Origin: a virus
Strand: one strand, 5' to 3'
Length of the DNA: 64,000 bases
IMG/VR virus record: IMGVR_UViG_3300020049_016021
The position numbers were made by a program, and so were the translations under genes. Shown piece by piece: positions 27,983 through 38,780 of this stretch (the first letter of the stretch is position 1; every line of letters begins with the position of its first letter). The notes under the pieces are model-generated. The model was not told the DNA's origin and made no database searches. It saw only the letters and a list, made by a program, of their open reading frames with translations.

Positions 27983-28704
27983 AATTCGATCAGAAAACAC
28001 GGGCAAAGTACCCGAACATCAACCAGCAGATGCTCAACCCTGCTTACAACATAAGTGGCTGTTTTGAGGACTCACGATTTCCTCCAGAGCACATTCAAAA
28101 AGTCCACATTAATCCGCCACCAAGTGTTCGCCTTACTCAAGACAAAGAGGCGCTACTTCTCCATTTAGCAGCAGAAGGATACGTTGTCCCAGATCATGCA
28201 CCAAAAACAGCCTTCATTACTGATGGAATGTTCGATCTTTCTTCTTTTGAGGAATTCTATGAGTCTTTGGAAGATTTCATCATTATGGAAATAGCCGAGT
28301 CTTTGGCAAAAGAGATTGGGGACTACGCAGAAATTCTGGCTCTTATAGGAGCAGCAGAACTTCCGGGGGGATCCTTGTTGAAGCTTCCACAGGGATACCA
28401 AAGTGCGCAAGTGCACGTTATCCCAAACGCGGCTGGTAGAGCATTAAATCTGGGAACAAAACAGACATCCAATGGTGTGCTATCACATAGTATTCCGTCT
28501 GCTTGGGACAGGGATGCCGCCTTTGCTATGGCCAAAAACAGTGTTGATGAAATTGGATTGGATTATGGTCATGTGACCTTGATTCAGACGCCGAAAGAAG
28601 AAATGCTGATAGCCAACATTGAAACCATGCTTCGCCCCAGCGACATTATTGCTATAAGGGGCTATGCAGACATGCTAAACAAAGCATTGAATGGAAAAAA
28701 ATAA
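27976..28704 (+). CDS. Hypothetical protein
   Basis: 242-aa ORF. Confidence 0.5.
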   Translation: MVKFDQKTRAKYPNINQQMLNPAYNISGCFEDSRFPPEHIQKVHINPPPSVRLTQDKEALLLHLAAEGYVVPDHAPKTAFITDGMFDLSSFEEFYESLEDFIIMEIAESLAKEIGDYAEILALIGAAELPGGSLLKLPQGYQSAQVHVIPNAAGRALNLGTKQTSNGVLSHSIPSAWDRDAAFAMAKNSVDEIGLDYGHVTLIQTPKEEMLIANIETMLRPSDIIAIRGYADMLNKALNGKK

Positions 28705-29176
28705 TCAGAAGGGCAGAAATGACCTTGAAAAATATTGTTGAGTGCTATTAGAGGAGGCAGGTATTCAGTTTGATTACGAAAGAGCGATCGAATTAGTGCC
28801 TGCTTTCCTTTTCAAAGGTCTAAACATTGAAAAAACAAAAAAAGGCCTTGTTGAAAAGAAATCATCCTACAAGAACATCATATACAGCCCAGACTTTATG
28901 GGTGAGGATTGAGTAATAGAAACGAAAGGACTAAGAAGACCTGACTTTGATTTGAGATGAAAGCTCTTTAAGTATTTATATAGAAACAAGAAAATAATAC
29001 TCCTAATGCCTGGCAATCAAGCTCAAGTAGCTGTTTGTGTGGAAATTATAAAAGAATGATTAAATGGAAAACGAGATCAAAGATCCTATAGAAGAATATT
29101 ACAAATCACCAAGGATTTCCAACAGTCTGCTAAAAAGCCTTCAAAATCCAAGAGCAGCAAAATTAAAAAGGGATAA
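28691..29176 (+). CDS. PD-(D/E)xK nuclease-like protein; four in-frame TGA; 3' end uncertain
   Basis: ATG 28691; motif YSPDFMGEDWVIETKG (PD...ExK); in-frame TGA at 28739, 28910, 28958, 29057; basic low-complexity tail after 29060; TAA 29174-76. Confidence 0.5.
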
Positions 29177-30089
29177 TCCAGAACTATATGAGTGAAACAG
29201 CCCAGCACTGAGAATAGGTTCAGCCGTTGACTGTTTACTTACCGATCCTACCTCTTGGGAGAAACGTTTCAAGGTCCTCACTATAAACAAGCCCTATGGA
29301 TTCATGGGAAGTTTTGTGGAAGCTTTACCAAAGGGGATACAAGTGGACTCTCCGGCCGAGGATTATGAGATGGCTTATTGGGCATCTGGATATAAAATGT
29401 CTAGAGATTGGGTGATAAAAAAGTTTTGAAGTACACCAGACGCTGTTGAGTACTACTACACTCAGTCTGATCCTAAGGATATAACAGTGCTCTCAAAAGA
29501 CGAGCACGAGGCCGCAATTAAAGCGACAGAGTTAATACTGGCCTCTCCTTTTGCAAAGCCTTATTTTGTAAAATCCGGAATAACAGAGGAACTATTACAT
29601 CAGGTTCCTATCTATTTTGAACTTGAAGGCCAGGAATTCAAGGCCTTGCTTGACGGGATAAGACTAAACCATAAAAACAGGACAATAGAACCATTTGACT
29701 TAAAGACAACTGGAAAATCTGTTTATGACTTTCCACAAAGTTACTTAACTTTTGGTTACTACACTCAAGCAGCTCTTTACGATCTTGCTATAAGGACAAA
29801 AGAGAGTCCTGTTCTTCAGTATATTGATGAGGGTTACATTATAAAGGATTTTGTATTCATTGTTGCAGAAACAAAGACATCATCCACAAGTCCTGCATTA
29901 ATATATACAACCACTCAGCATGAAAGAAATTGTGGATTAGAGGGTGGTTTCGTCGATGGAAAATACTACAAAGGAATATATCAATTGTTAGATGATTACC
30001 TATGGTACAGTAAAAATGACCTATGGGTATATCCAAAAGAAATTCACGAAAATAATGGGCAAATACCACTAAAGGTCTTTGCTAATTAG
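29064..30089 (+). CDS. PD-(D/E)xK exonuclease (YqaJ / lambda-exo / Cas4-like fold); two in-frame TGA
   Basis: ATG 29064; 342 codons; catalytic-like DGIRLNHKNRTIEPFDLKTT; in-frame TGA at 29193 and 29427; the track shows only the last 200 aa. Confidence 0.6.
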
Positions 30090-30090
30090 C

Positions 30091-30645
30091 ATGAAACACA
30101 CTATAACAGCATTATTCCTCACTCCTGTCTTAGGGCTAAAGCAAAAGGCGCCAATAAACATGTATGATCCGGCATATTACCTTAGCACATACTCTGGAGA
30201 CAGTCATAGAGAGGAATACAAGAACTGAAAGAGCGGAGATTTTATTCTGCTCGAATACAACGAAACAATTCCGCAAACCCTAACCGAATACTTTCAGAGC
30301 CACCCTAGCTTTGTGGAGATGTACGAGCCGCAGAAGGCCAAACGTATCTTCGTATTTCGGTTACCGAAGGAGGTTAAAGAGGGATACACCTTTAAAATTT
30401 TGGAAGGTAAGTATTCAGAAGCGGATAGAAAAGTGGTGAACAAATACTTCCCAGCAGATCCTAGTCACTCACTCTACGGGAATCGGTTAATTTTCGATAA
30501 GAGTGAGCTTTGGCGACAAGAGTGGGAGAAAAAGGGTGTCTCTCTCCCTGAAGATGCAGAAGTGTATTCGAAACCATTTGCCAGAAATGAATTATACGGT
30601 TATGTACCAGAAACAAAACAAAGAAGTGCTAAGGTCTCTTTATAG
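30091..30645 (+). CDS. Hypothetical secreted protein; one in-frame TGA
   Basis: ATG 30091 with signal-like MKHTITALFLTPVLG; TGA 30226; joins to track ORF 30313..30645. Confidence 0.45.
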
Positions 30646-31060
30646 CGAAGGAGCAAAATATATAGGGATACTTCAGCGTTTCTTCAGTCCTGAGCGCTGA
30701 GCGCTAATTAGCCAAACCCAATCTCAAAGGGAAGAGGCTTTAAAGGTCCTAGGTATTACAGAAACAGACCTCACAAGAATCGAGGAAGAAAAGACGTTGG
30801 GAAGACGCGAAGTTATTCGTAGAGCAATTGCTCATTCTTCACCGTCCTTCGGAAGATTTCTAACCCAGGCCTACACTTATTATGAGGACCACAAAAAATC
30901 AACAGCTGTAGATGCTGATAATAAGGCTATTATCCTTGAAAAGATGAAGCAAAAGATGTCAACATGGAAACCCGAAACTTTAACAGCGGATGACCTTGCG
31001 TCTATAAATGTAGATCTTTACTTATTATCTAAAAACTCCCATAACAAATCTACAAGATAG
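30602..31060 (+). CDS. Hypothetical protein; one in-frame TGA (start uncertain)
   Basis: Track ORFs 30503..30700 and 30797..31060 are in the same frame across TGA 30698; ATG 30602 chosen to limit overlap. Confidence 0.4.
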
Positions 31061-31137
31061 GAGGTCTCATTCACCAAATAAACATTGTAGTGCTGTTGTT
31101 GATAGACAGTCTAGTCTGCAATTGAACGAAAAACATG

Positions 31138-31174
31138 CCCCCAATCTAGGTAACACTGGGTTGGGGGTTTTTTA
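31138..31174 (+). terminator. Rho-independent terminator
   Basis: CCCCCAA/TTGGGGG stem followed by TTTTTTATT. Confidence 0.55.
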
Positions 31175-31196
31175 TTAACTTCTCACAACAAATAAA

Positions 31197-31514
31197 ATGA
31201 ATATACCATCTGAAATAATCAGTGATTTGAATTCCGAAATGGAATATACAGAAGACCAGTTGGGGTTTGATGAACAATTCGATGCTATCACCGTGACAAA
31301 TTGCCGATACCAGATGAAGAATGGGAAGCGGTTAGATCGCATGATTATGCTCCATCGTCCTTCTGGAAAACTTTTTGAACTAACTCCGCGCGAGCTGCCC
31401 TATCATCAACTAACCGCCGAAGAAAAGGCAGACCTAGATGAGCGTGTTTCTAATTGGAACGAGGCTGTCCCTATGGAGTACGCCTTAACCATCGAATCAA
31501 AGCCAGAGTTGTAG
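31197..31514 (+). CDS. Hypothetical acidic protein
   Basis: 105-aa ORF. Confidence 0.5.
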   Translation: MNIPSEIISDLNSEMEYTEDQLGFDEQFDAITVTNCRYQMKNGKRLDRMIMLHRPSGKLFELTPRELPYHQLTAEEKADLDERVSNWNEAVPMEYALTIESKPEL

Positions 31515-31573
31515 GCAACACTTTGGGGAGATACATTATTTTCAATTTCTTCAACATTCAAAATCATACTATT

Positions 31574-32551
31574 ATGCAACCAAAATCATTATTTAAACTT
31601 TTCACTGTCTTCTTCCTTGGGTTTATTCTCGTGATGATCTGGCAAAGGATGGCAGTTTCACCTGAATTCTATGGTATAGCTGCTTATTTGCCTCATCTTC
31701 TGGGCATTGTTTTTATTGGACTTATCATTCGATATTACCGTGAAATCAAAGCTTGGATCATGCTACCAATCTTTCTTCTTTGCATGCAAAGTTGTGACTA
31801 TGTGGCATCTGACAAGATTGGTGTGTGGGTAGAAAACTACGGGAAAAGCATAGACGACTATTCATTAGTTATGGGTAAATTTCCTATTGATTGGTTTTCA
31901 AAATCCAGCTGGTCATTGCAGTTTCCTGCAACTAATTTTCCTGTTCATGTAGAGCCAATTCAAATGTACTGTAAAGATGGTGTAGGAGTTTTTGTTGATC
32001 CAAGTGTTCTTTGTGCATTAATTCGATCGGACGAGGCCTGTAAGAAGTTTGCTCTTCAATTCAGTGCCTACAAGGATGGGAGAGACTTCCAAGAAGCCTT
32101 GGCGCAGACAATTCTAAAAGAAACAGTTGAGTCTTGTCGCCAAATAGTACAAAACACTGTATCTGATACTTTACTATCAAATCGAGGACACTATTACTCT
32201 ATCATGGAGGAGCGTCTTCGTAAGAGGATAGACGATGTTTACGGTACGGAGTTAAAACAATTTTCCGTTGAAATCTCCGTTGATCCAACACTTCAAGCAG
32301 CCATAAATGCTAGGCTATTAGAACAGGAGAAGACAAAAAAGACTGTCGCTGCAATGGAAAATACCAAGGCCGAAATTGAGCTTATGAAACTTACTAAGCA
32401 GAAAATTGATCTGGAATCTCAAGCTTATTCGCCGCAGTTTTTAAAAAAGTTGGAGTTGGACTATTCCTACAATGCTTGGATAGCTCTAGCAAATTCCCCA
32501 AACAAAGTCTTTGTGCAAGGGTCGCTAAATAATTTCTTGCTTAGCCAATAA
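31574..32551 (+). CDS. SPFH / band-7 (stomatin-prohibitin-HflK-like) domain membrane protein
   Basis: N-terminal TM helices, then a PVHVEPIQMY...FVDPSVLCALI...QTILKETVESCRQIV...GTELKQFSVEISVDPTLQAAINARLLEQEKTKK pattern typical of SPFH domains; start at ATG 31574 within track ORF 31454..32551. Confidence 0.6.
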   Translation: MQPKSLFKLFTVFFLGFILVMIWQRMAVSPEFYGIAAYLPHLLGIVFIGLIIRYYREIKAWIMLPIFLLCMQSCDYVASDKIGVWVENYGKSIDDYSLVMGKFPIDWFSKSSWSLQFPATNFPVHVEPIQMYCKDGVGVFVDPSVLCALIRSDEACKKFALQFSAYKDGRDFQEALAQTILKETVESCRQIVQNTVSDTLLSNRGHYYSIMEERLRKRIDDVYGTELKQFSVEISVDPTLQAAINARLLEQEKTKKTVAAMENTKAEIELMKLTKQKIDLESQAYSPQFLKKLELDYSYNAWIALANSPNKVFVQGSLNNFLLSQ

Positions 32552-32575
32552 GTTTTCACACAGAATGTTGAGGAT

Positions 32576-32597
32576 GGGAGATTCTTCGGAGTCTCCC
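32576..32597 (+). promoter_or_regulatory. Hairpin with UUCG tetraloop just upstream of gene 32610 (GGGAGA-TTCTTCGGAG-TCTCCC)
   Basis: 6-bp GC-rich stem enclosing TC/GA plus TTCG loop, 12 nt before the start codon. Confidence 0.3.
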
Positions 32598-32609
32598 AAT
32601 TATTAATTT

Positions 32610-32918
32610 ATGCAAAACTCATCTACCATCGCTAGTTGGAGTAATCCTGCTCCACCCAAATCTCTAAGTGAGGAAATCCAAAAACACGTAAATTATGCCG
32701 AGAATCTTTACATGGCTTGGCGCAAAAAGAATCCCGCAGTCACTAATATACTTGTATTCAAACATATTCTGTTGGGATACTTGACTCGAGTACTTGTGAT
32801 TGAAGGAAATTTCATGGAAGCCCTTGAGCGTATTGATGCTTTCTGGGAAGAATACGAATTTAACTACCTCCAACTTTGGGAGGAAAAGTACCAAGAATCT
32901 TTAAAGCCTGTTATATGA
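32610..32918 (+). CDS. Hypothetical protein
   Basis: 102-aa ORF; ends TGA followed two codons later by TAA. Confidence 0.45.
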   Translation: MQNSSTIASWSNPAPPKSLSEEIQKHVNYAENLYMAWRKKNPAVTNILVFKHILLGYLTRVLVIEGNFMEALERIDAFWEEYEFNYLQLWEEKYQESLKPVI

Positions 32919-33148
32919 ATCTTGTAACGGACTTACTCACAAACCTCAAATTAGGAAATCCAGAAGACGCTCCTAAATTTATTCAACATTTTTTAACACA
33001 TTTTCATTCACCCACGGTTGAATTATTAGATAGAGATTCGGCTTTATTTCTTTACGTGATCTTGGTCATAACTCCAGTAAAGGTTTCTATCCAGCATATC
33101 AATCGCAAACACACATTACTATGCTTAGAGTCTTTTCAAGAGGACTAA
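32876..33148 (+). CDS. Hypothetical protein
   Basis: 90-aa ORF. Confidence 0.3.
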   Translation: MGGKVPRIFKACYMNLVTDLLTNLKLGNPEDAPKFIQHFLTHFHSPTVELLDRDSALFLYVILVITPVKVSIQHINRKHTLLCLESFQED

Positions 33149-33312
33149 TTCTCCTACTTTTTTGTCTGGTACTCGTTTTGGTAGCTTTTCATTTCACTAC
33201 CCTAAAGGTCTTTGGATTTATTGGAGCTACCATATTGCTTTGCTTGCTAATCTTTCGATCAGAGATTTTATACTGGCTTGAATTTGGCCGTTTTAATCCT
33301 CCAAAGTTATAA
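33121..33312 (+). CDS. Small membrane protein
   Basis: 63-aa ORF with two TM segments. Confidence 0.35.
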   Translation: MLRVFSRGLILLLFCLVLVLVAFHFTTLKVFGFIGATILLCLLIFRSEILYWLEFGRFNPPKL

Positions 33313-33473
33313 TATTAGGTACCATAGCAACTAATCCAGAATTGAGAGGTATTCTTAGCAAAAGAGTTAGGAACCTCTCTTAAAGAACTAAGGTCGAAAT
33401 ATTCTTTCCCAACCTCTCTCGTTACAAAAGTGTAATGGGGGAGGTATTTTTTTCACTTTTAAATAACTAATTC

Positions 33474-34202
33474 ATGCCACATTATCCTATTGATTTTGAC
33501 ACCACAACCAGTCACGCTGCTATTGATAAAATTATTGATGGGGCATCCCCTGTAGTCCCTGAAAAAACACCAGTTACAGAATATCCTGAAGAGGTGCACC
33601 CGATATATGAAGAAGTGTTACCAGCTGACGAGCCCCTTGAAGCACTACCAGTATATGACGACCTGTACACAACAATTTTTGTTGGGCCTGAAGAAATTGC
33701 CAATTTGCTAGGTGCCTCTGTCCAATATGGAAAAGACGTATATACTTATTGGAAATCTCAATCAATCAGGTACCGTCTATCTCAAAATCTCGTAGTCTCA
33801 AATATCACAGAGTTACCCGATGTGTGTGGTGTAACACAATTAATCGTTACATTTGAAAAAGTATCCTCCAAAACTTTTAAGCTTTCATTAAAACAGATGG
33901 AGGAGCTCTTTGAGGCTCTTGCTCTCTGTGACATCGATGGACCTTTTCATTGTCACATTGTAAACCAAATCCACCCAGATTGCCTGCAAGATTTTCGAAA
34001 TCGCGCGCTATGTATAACTGAAGAAAAAATAGTGAGGCAGTTTGGACCTACACTGGCCACGCTTGAAGCGAATGCAGAGGCAGAATATGCCGACACATTG
34101 TTCGTACGATTAAAAGGAACCGCTTTCTACAATCAAAAGGAGATTCAAGAGGCCATCCACAACTTCTCACTAAAAGAAGCGTGCAAAAAATATGAAGAAT
34201 GA
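33474..34202 (+). CDS. Hypothetical acidic protein
   Basis: 242-aa ORF; last plus-strand gene before the convergence point. Confidence 0.5.
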   Translation: MPHYPIDFDTTTSHAAIDKIIDGASPVVPEKTPVTEYPEEVHPIYEEVLPADEPLEALPVYDDLYTTIFVGPEEIANLLGASVQYGKDVYTYWKSQSIRYRLSQNLVVSNITELPDVCGVTQLIVTFEKVSSKTFKLSLKQMEELFEALALCDIDGPFHCHIVNQIHPDCLQDFRNRALCITEEKIVRQFGPTLATLEANAEAEYADTLFVRLKGTAFYNQKEIQEAIHNFSLKEACKKYEE

Positions 34203-34204
34203 AA

Positions 34205-34248
34205 AAAGCCCCTCCTCACCGTTATGGTGGGAAGGGGCCTAACTTTTT
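34205..34248. terminator. Bidirectional rho-independent terminator between convergent gene blocks
   Basis: Stem GCCCCTCCTCACC/GGTGGGAAGGGGC flanked by AAAAAA upstream and TTTTT downstream. Confidence 0.6.
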
Positions 34249-34256
34249 CTGCGCGT

Positions 34257-37200
34257 CTATGGGCGCACGGGTATTATCCCAAATAAATATTCACTGTCTT
34301 CAGCATCCTTAGAAAGAACGTCTGCTATCTGTAGTGATCCGGCAGTAAATGGCACTGCTCTAGCAACTGTCTTTAAGCCTTGGGGCCAACCGTCTCTATC
34401 AGTGTTCCCAGTAACTGGTGAAGCCATTAAGTCAAACAGAGCAATAGATGTCTTACCCATTTTGTCAATGGCCACAATTGGCTTTAAAGCTGTATCTACA
34501 AGATCAGTTAAATGAGCTCCACGAGTTAAATCTAAAATAGTTCTTTTTATAGACCTGCCAACATAAGACTTTTCTTCATCGTCGTCTAATCCAACCTTGA
34601 ATAGTACTAGTAGTAGCGTAAACCATCCAAATGTATTCAAAAGTCCAGCTAAAGCTCTAGCTCTGTGCCCTTTCAATGTATTTTCTCCAAGATTCTCTTC
34701 CGTTAGATACTGTTTACCTTTTCCAGATAGAGCTGCAAAGATAGAAGCTACAAGAACACGTAATTGACCTTCCATAACTTCAGAGTGCCATTGATAGACA
34801 GGCATACCATCAGGTTTTTGGCCCGTCAGTACATACTTACCCACAGTGATGTCTTTGTATGGAGCAGCAAATAAAACCTTTAGGTACTGGTAAAAATACT
34901 TGTGAAACTGCATAACAAAATCACCAAGTACGCTTACTTCTATTGCTGTCTTTTCTTCTTTACGATAAGAACCATTCAGTTTCTCATAGGCTCTTTTTAG
35001 AGACTTAACTTCAAGTGAAGTTAATTCCTTTAGGGAAGCATAGCTACCATCAGCTTGAAGGACTTGTCCTCGTTCTCCTATGGTCCAATTACCTTTGTTA
35101 TCGTAGGCATCCCACAATGTGACTTCTTTACCTGAAGCATCTTTTACTTTAATAGACTTCATTAACCCAGCTAGCTGCCAAAGAGCACCAAATGTTTCAC
35201 CAACTTGGTAGAACAAGAAGGCGTTAGTTGTACCATTTAGCTTTGATATTTGGTGAACTAGTCTATCATCGTTTACTTCAAATGGATAATTGTCTGGCAA
35301 CCAATCAAAGTTCTTTGCTATGTTCCAGAGTTTTGAGTCATCTTCTTGTCCTAAAAGCTTTGCTTTCATGTAATCTCTTAAGGCTACTCTTCCCCCATCT
35401 ATATTGATGGTTTCAAATGACTCTGGTGGAACTCCTAAGATGTTGGACATAAGTTTGTTAACAAGTCCCCTAGTTGATTGCGTAGTATTGGCTGCTGCAA
35501 TCATAACTGCGTTACGAATAGGAGACCACACTTTAAAAGAAAGCACAGAGTATGTTACAGAAGTCTTTAGTGCTCGGAGTATTCTATCCTGAGACACTAC
35601 TATGGGCGTCCCTTCGGGGATGTCCGTGAGTTTTTCTGTAAGTTTATTAGCCTTTAGAGTAATCTTTTTAGCAGAAACACTATCCTTAGTTGTATCCCCT
35701 AGAACCTGTAAAGTAATTTGAGAATCTAACCATTTTACCAGTCGATCATAACGAGGTTTTCCTGCCTCGTCCTTATCTTCTTGAAGACCATTATAGACGC
35801 CCATCGCAATATCGTATACCGGATCCAAACTCTCCTTCGCCTTCAAAGAAGCCATGAAATACTTAAAAGAAGCATCAACATTCCAACTATGGTTTACATC
35901 ACTGACTATAGAGGACCCGCTATGTTTAAAATACTTCAGAGGTAGACCATCTGATTCTTTTGTGTAAGCATCCTCCAAGAAATTAGTTAGGTTTCTTTTT
36001 ACGCTCTGTCCTACAACAGTTTTAAATCCAAAACCGCCAGCATAGAAAGCCTCTTCTTCACGAAGTTCAGCCAAAGGCTTTGGTATCCTAGGCAGGAAAT
36101 CTTCTGGTAATGTTTGAGGTATGCCCAACTTTTCATATCTGAATAATGGAACCGATGGATTATCAAACTTATATCCTACTACTGTATTTGCAAAGTTATC
36201 ATACTCATTTTTCATAGTAGAATACACAAAACTCCTATAATTTTTTTGGGCCTGTGTAAGCGGCACTTCTACGCCATCTTTCAAATAAGTATCCTGCAAA
36301 TTTAGATAGTACCCACCACGCTCTAAGTCGGAAGATTCTCTCCACATAAATGCAAAGTGATTCTTTGTTGTGGTGTTCATGGCTCTTGATAAGAGCTTAT
36401 GGGAAATAATACTACCGACAAACCATAGTGGAGAAAATGTGAAAAGTCCATACACATTAGCAACAGCTGCTCCACCAAGAAGTATCTTCTTGAGTAAACT
36501 TTGGTCTTCTTTATTAAGGGCAGCTTGGTACAGCTTATCATGTTCTGATTCTATTCCTAATAGATATTTCTGTGTCTTTGCCTTAGCATCCATAATTATC
36601 TTATGAAGTGTCTGGACTTTTGGATTAGAAATATCTGAAAAGTTCTTAAATTGCCAGAAAGACGAGAGATCCTCTGATTTACTGTTCAGATCTGTTGCGG
36701 CGTCCTTTTCTAGCTCGAGTATGGCGTCACTATATTTCTTTGACAGCACTCTAATATTAGGATCACTCTGAATTTCAGATTTTGTCTTCCCCTCATGCAA
36801 GATGCCTAATTTCTCTTTTAAATAAAGGTGTTTCTCCTTTGTGGATAAATGAGAAATACTATCCTGAAGCTCAATTATACTGGTAGCCTCACCCTTATAG
36901 GAAGACGCCTCTAACAACTTAGCTTCCTTTAACTTGTTATAAATCTCCGGATTAGTTTGCTTGTAGTAGTCTCCTATAGTGTACAAATACGGCTGGATGT
37001 CTAGCTCCATTATAGTTGCTTTCCCCTTGTAGTCTACCTTCACGAGCTTTATAGATCTAAACTTCATGTTAGGAAATTTTTCCTTTAACATGATAGCACG
37101 GTAGGTTAGTTCCAAATAACCCTTTGATAATTTAGAATCATTTATACCATACTTATCACCATAATCCATAAGATATGGTGTGCTCATATCACTAGTAAGA

Positions 37201-38780
37201 TTACCGGTTTTCCAGTCAAGAAGTGTAACATCTCCATTTTGATGGACAAATAATCCATCCGCTGTGGTTCCCAACTTATTTCCATCTGCATCAGTTAGAT
37301 ACTTTGATACCAAACCAATCTCTGGAGCAGCTTTGTCCTGCTTAGATCTTGGAATGCCCTTTGTACCTGTAGTATCTATCATAACACCAGAAGCGTCCAA
37401 TATGTTTTGAAAATTATCGTGGATCTTACTTAGGCGTGGATGAGCTTCTAGTGTAGTATAAGGTTCACCTAATTCTTGAGCATATCCAACAGCAAGTTGC
37501 TTAATTTTAGCCTTCTCGGTCGCATTATCTTCCAGTCTGTAATAGATATATGCGTGAACTAATTTACCAATTAATCTAGCTCCTTTAAAACGTTCTTCAA
37601 ATCCTGCAACAATCTCTGTAAACGAATAGGTATTTCCTCCGATAGTTATAGATTGGGTTACATCTTTAGGAGCAATTTTATCAATGTTTATTCCGCGCTG
37701 TTTATAGAAATTCTTAGCTGCCCCTTCAGCCGGAGTATCCATGAACCGTCTTGCTTTCTTAGAGAATTCTCCAAATAACTTGTCGCCTATAAAGGCAGTG
37801 AGACGTTTAGCAATATCAGTACCACTCTCATCTTGGTAAAAAGAACTAGTGTCAGATGTTGAATACTTAGCTGATTCTTTTAATAGTTCCGCAATGTAGT
37901 CAGGTGTTTCTGAAGCTTGCCCAGGAAACTTCTTCTTCATCATATCAGCCACTTCATCTAATCTCTGATAAGCCTCTGGAAGTTCGCTAGCACTTACATC
38001 TATTGGGGCTCTTCCCCTTAAATCCGCTACGGTTGAATAAGCAGTTAAAGAATTTTTTAATCCAAGAAGATCTCTAACAAATTGTAGAAAATAACTGAGA
38101 TAAAAAGAAGTTGGGTTCTTTACTGCTAGTCTAGCAAGATAATCTGTAACAACTTCTTCAGGATTTGAAGTATCTCTTGAATTAGCCGAATCTAATATAA
38201 CCTTAAATGTTTCTGGCTTCTGTAATCTCAAAAGATTTACAAAGGGGTGATAATATTCGTGAAAAGGCGTATCCTTTGTAGCATGGGCAGTGTTTACCAT
38301 TACTAACATTTGACCGTTTCTCTGAACGAATTTACCTTTCCATTTTATCGCTGGGGCATTTATAGTTTCAAAAGGAAATCCAAACTTCTTTGATAAATTA
38401 ACAAGTACGTTCTCTAGATCTTCTTTTGTGTACCCAGTGGAAAAGGCGGTTGTAGCAATTATCTCTTCTTTTGTTGGAGGAAATAAAGCCATTGTACCAC
38501 TAGACGTGCGTACGATGTCTCCATCTATCTTAGCATCTAAGCCGTCAAATCTGGCCGCAAAAAGATCTACAACACCAGAGAAATCTGCCACATCACCTAA
38601 ATAGTCAGTATACTTTTTAGTATAATATTCAAGATCTCTTCCAACCTCATTTGCAATTTTATCTCTTATGGGGGAGACTATTTCGGTGGGCTGTTGATGA
38701 AATTTAATTAGCGCTAGATCTTCTCCATATTTTGCTACTAGTTCTTTTCATTCCGCACTATTTTTATTTGGACAAATCAT
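34257..38780 (-). CDS. Large virion-associated protein (about 1507 aa with N-terminal extension; putative ejected/cargo protein); one in-frame TGA at codon 11
   Basis: Track ORF starts at GTG 38591. The frame stays open 63 codons upstream to ATG 38778-80 in a TAATG overlap with the stop of the upstream gene, crossing one TGA (38748-50). The extension reads as plausible protein (MICPNKNSAEWKELVAKYGEDLALIKFHQQPTEIV...). Confidence 0.55.
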
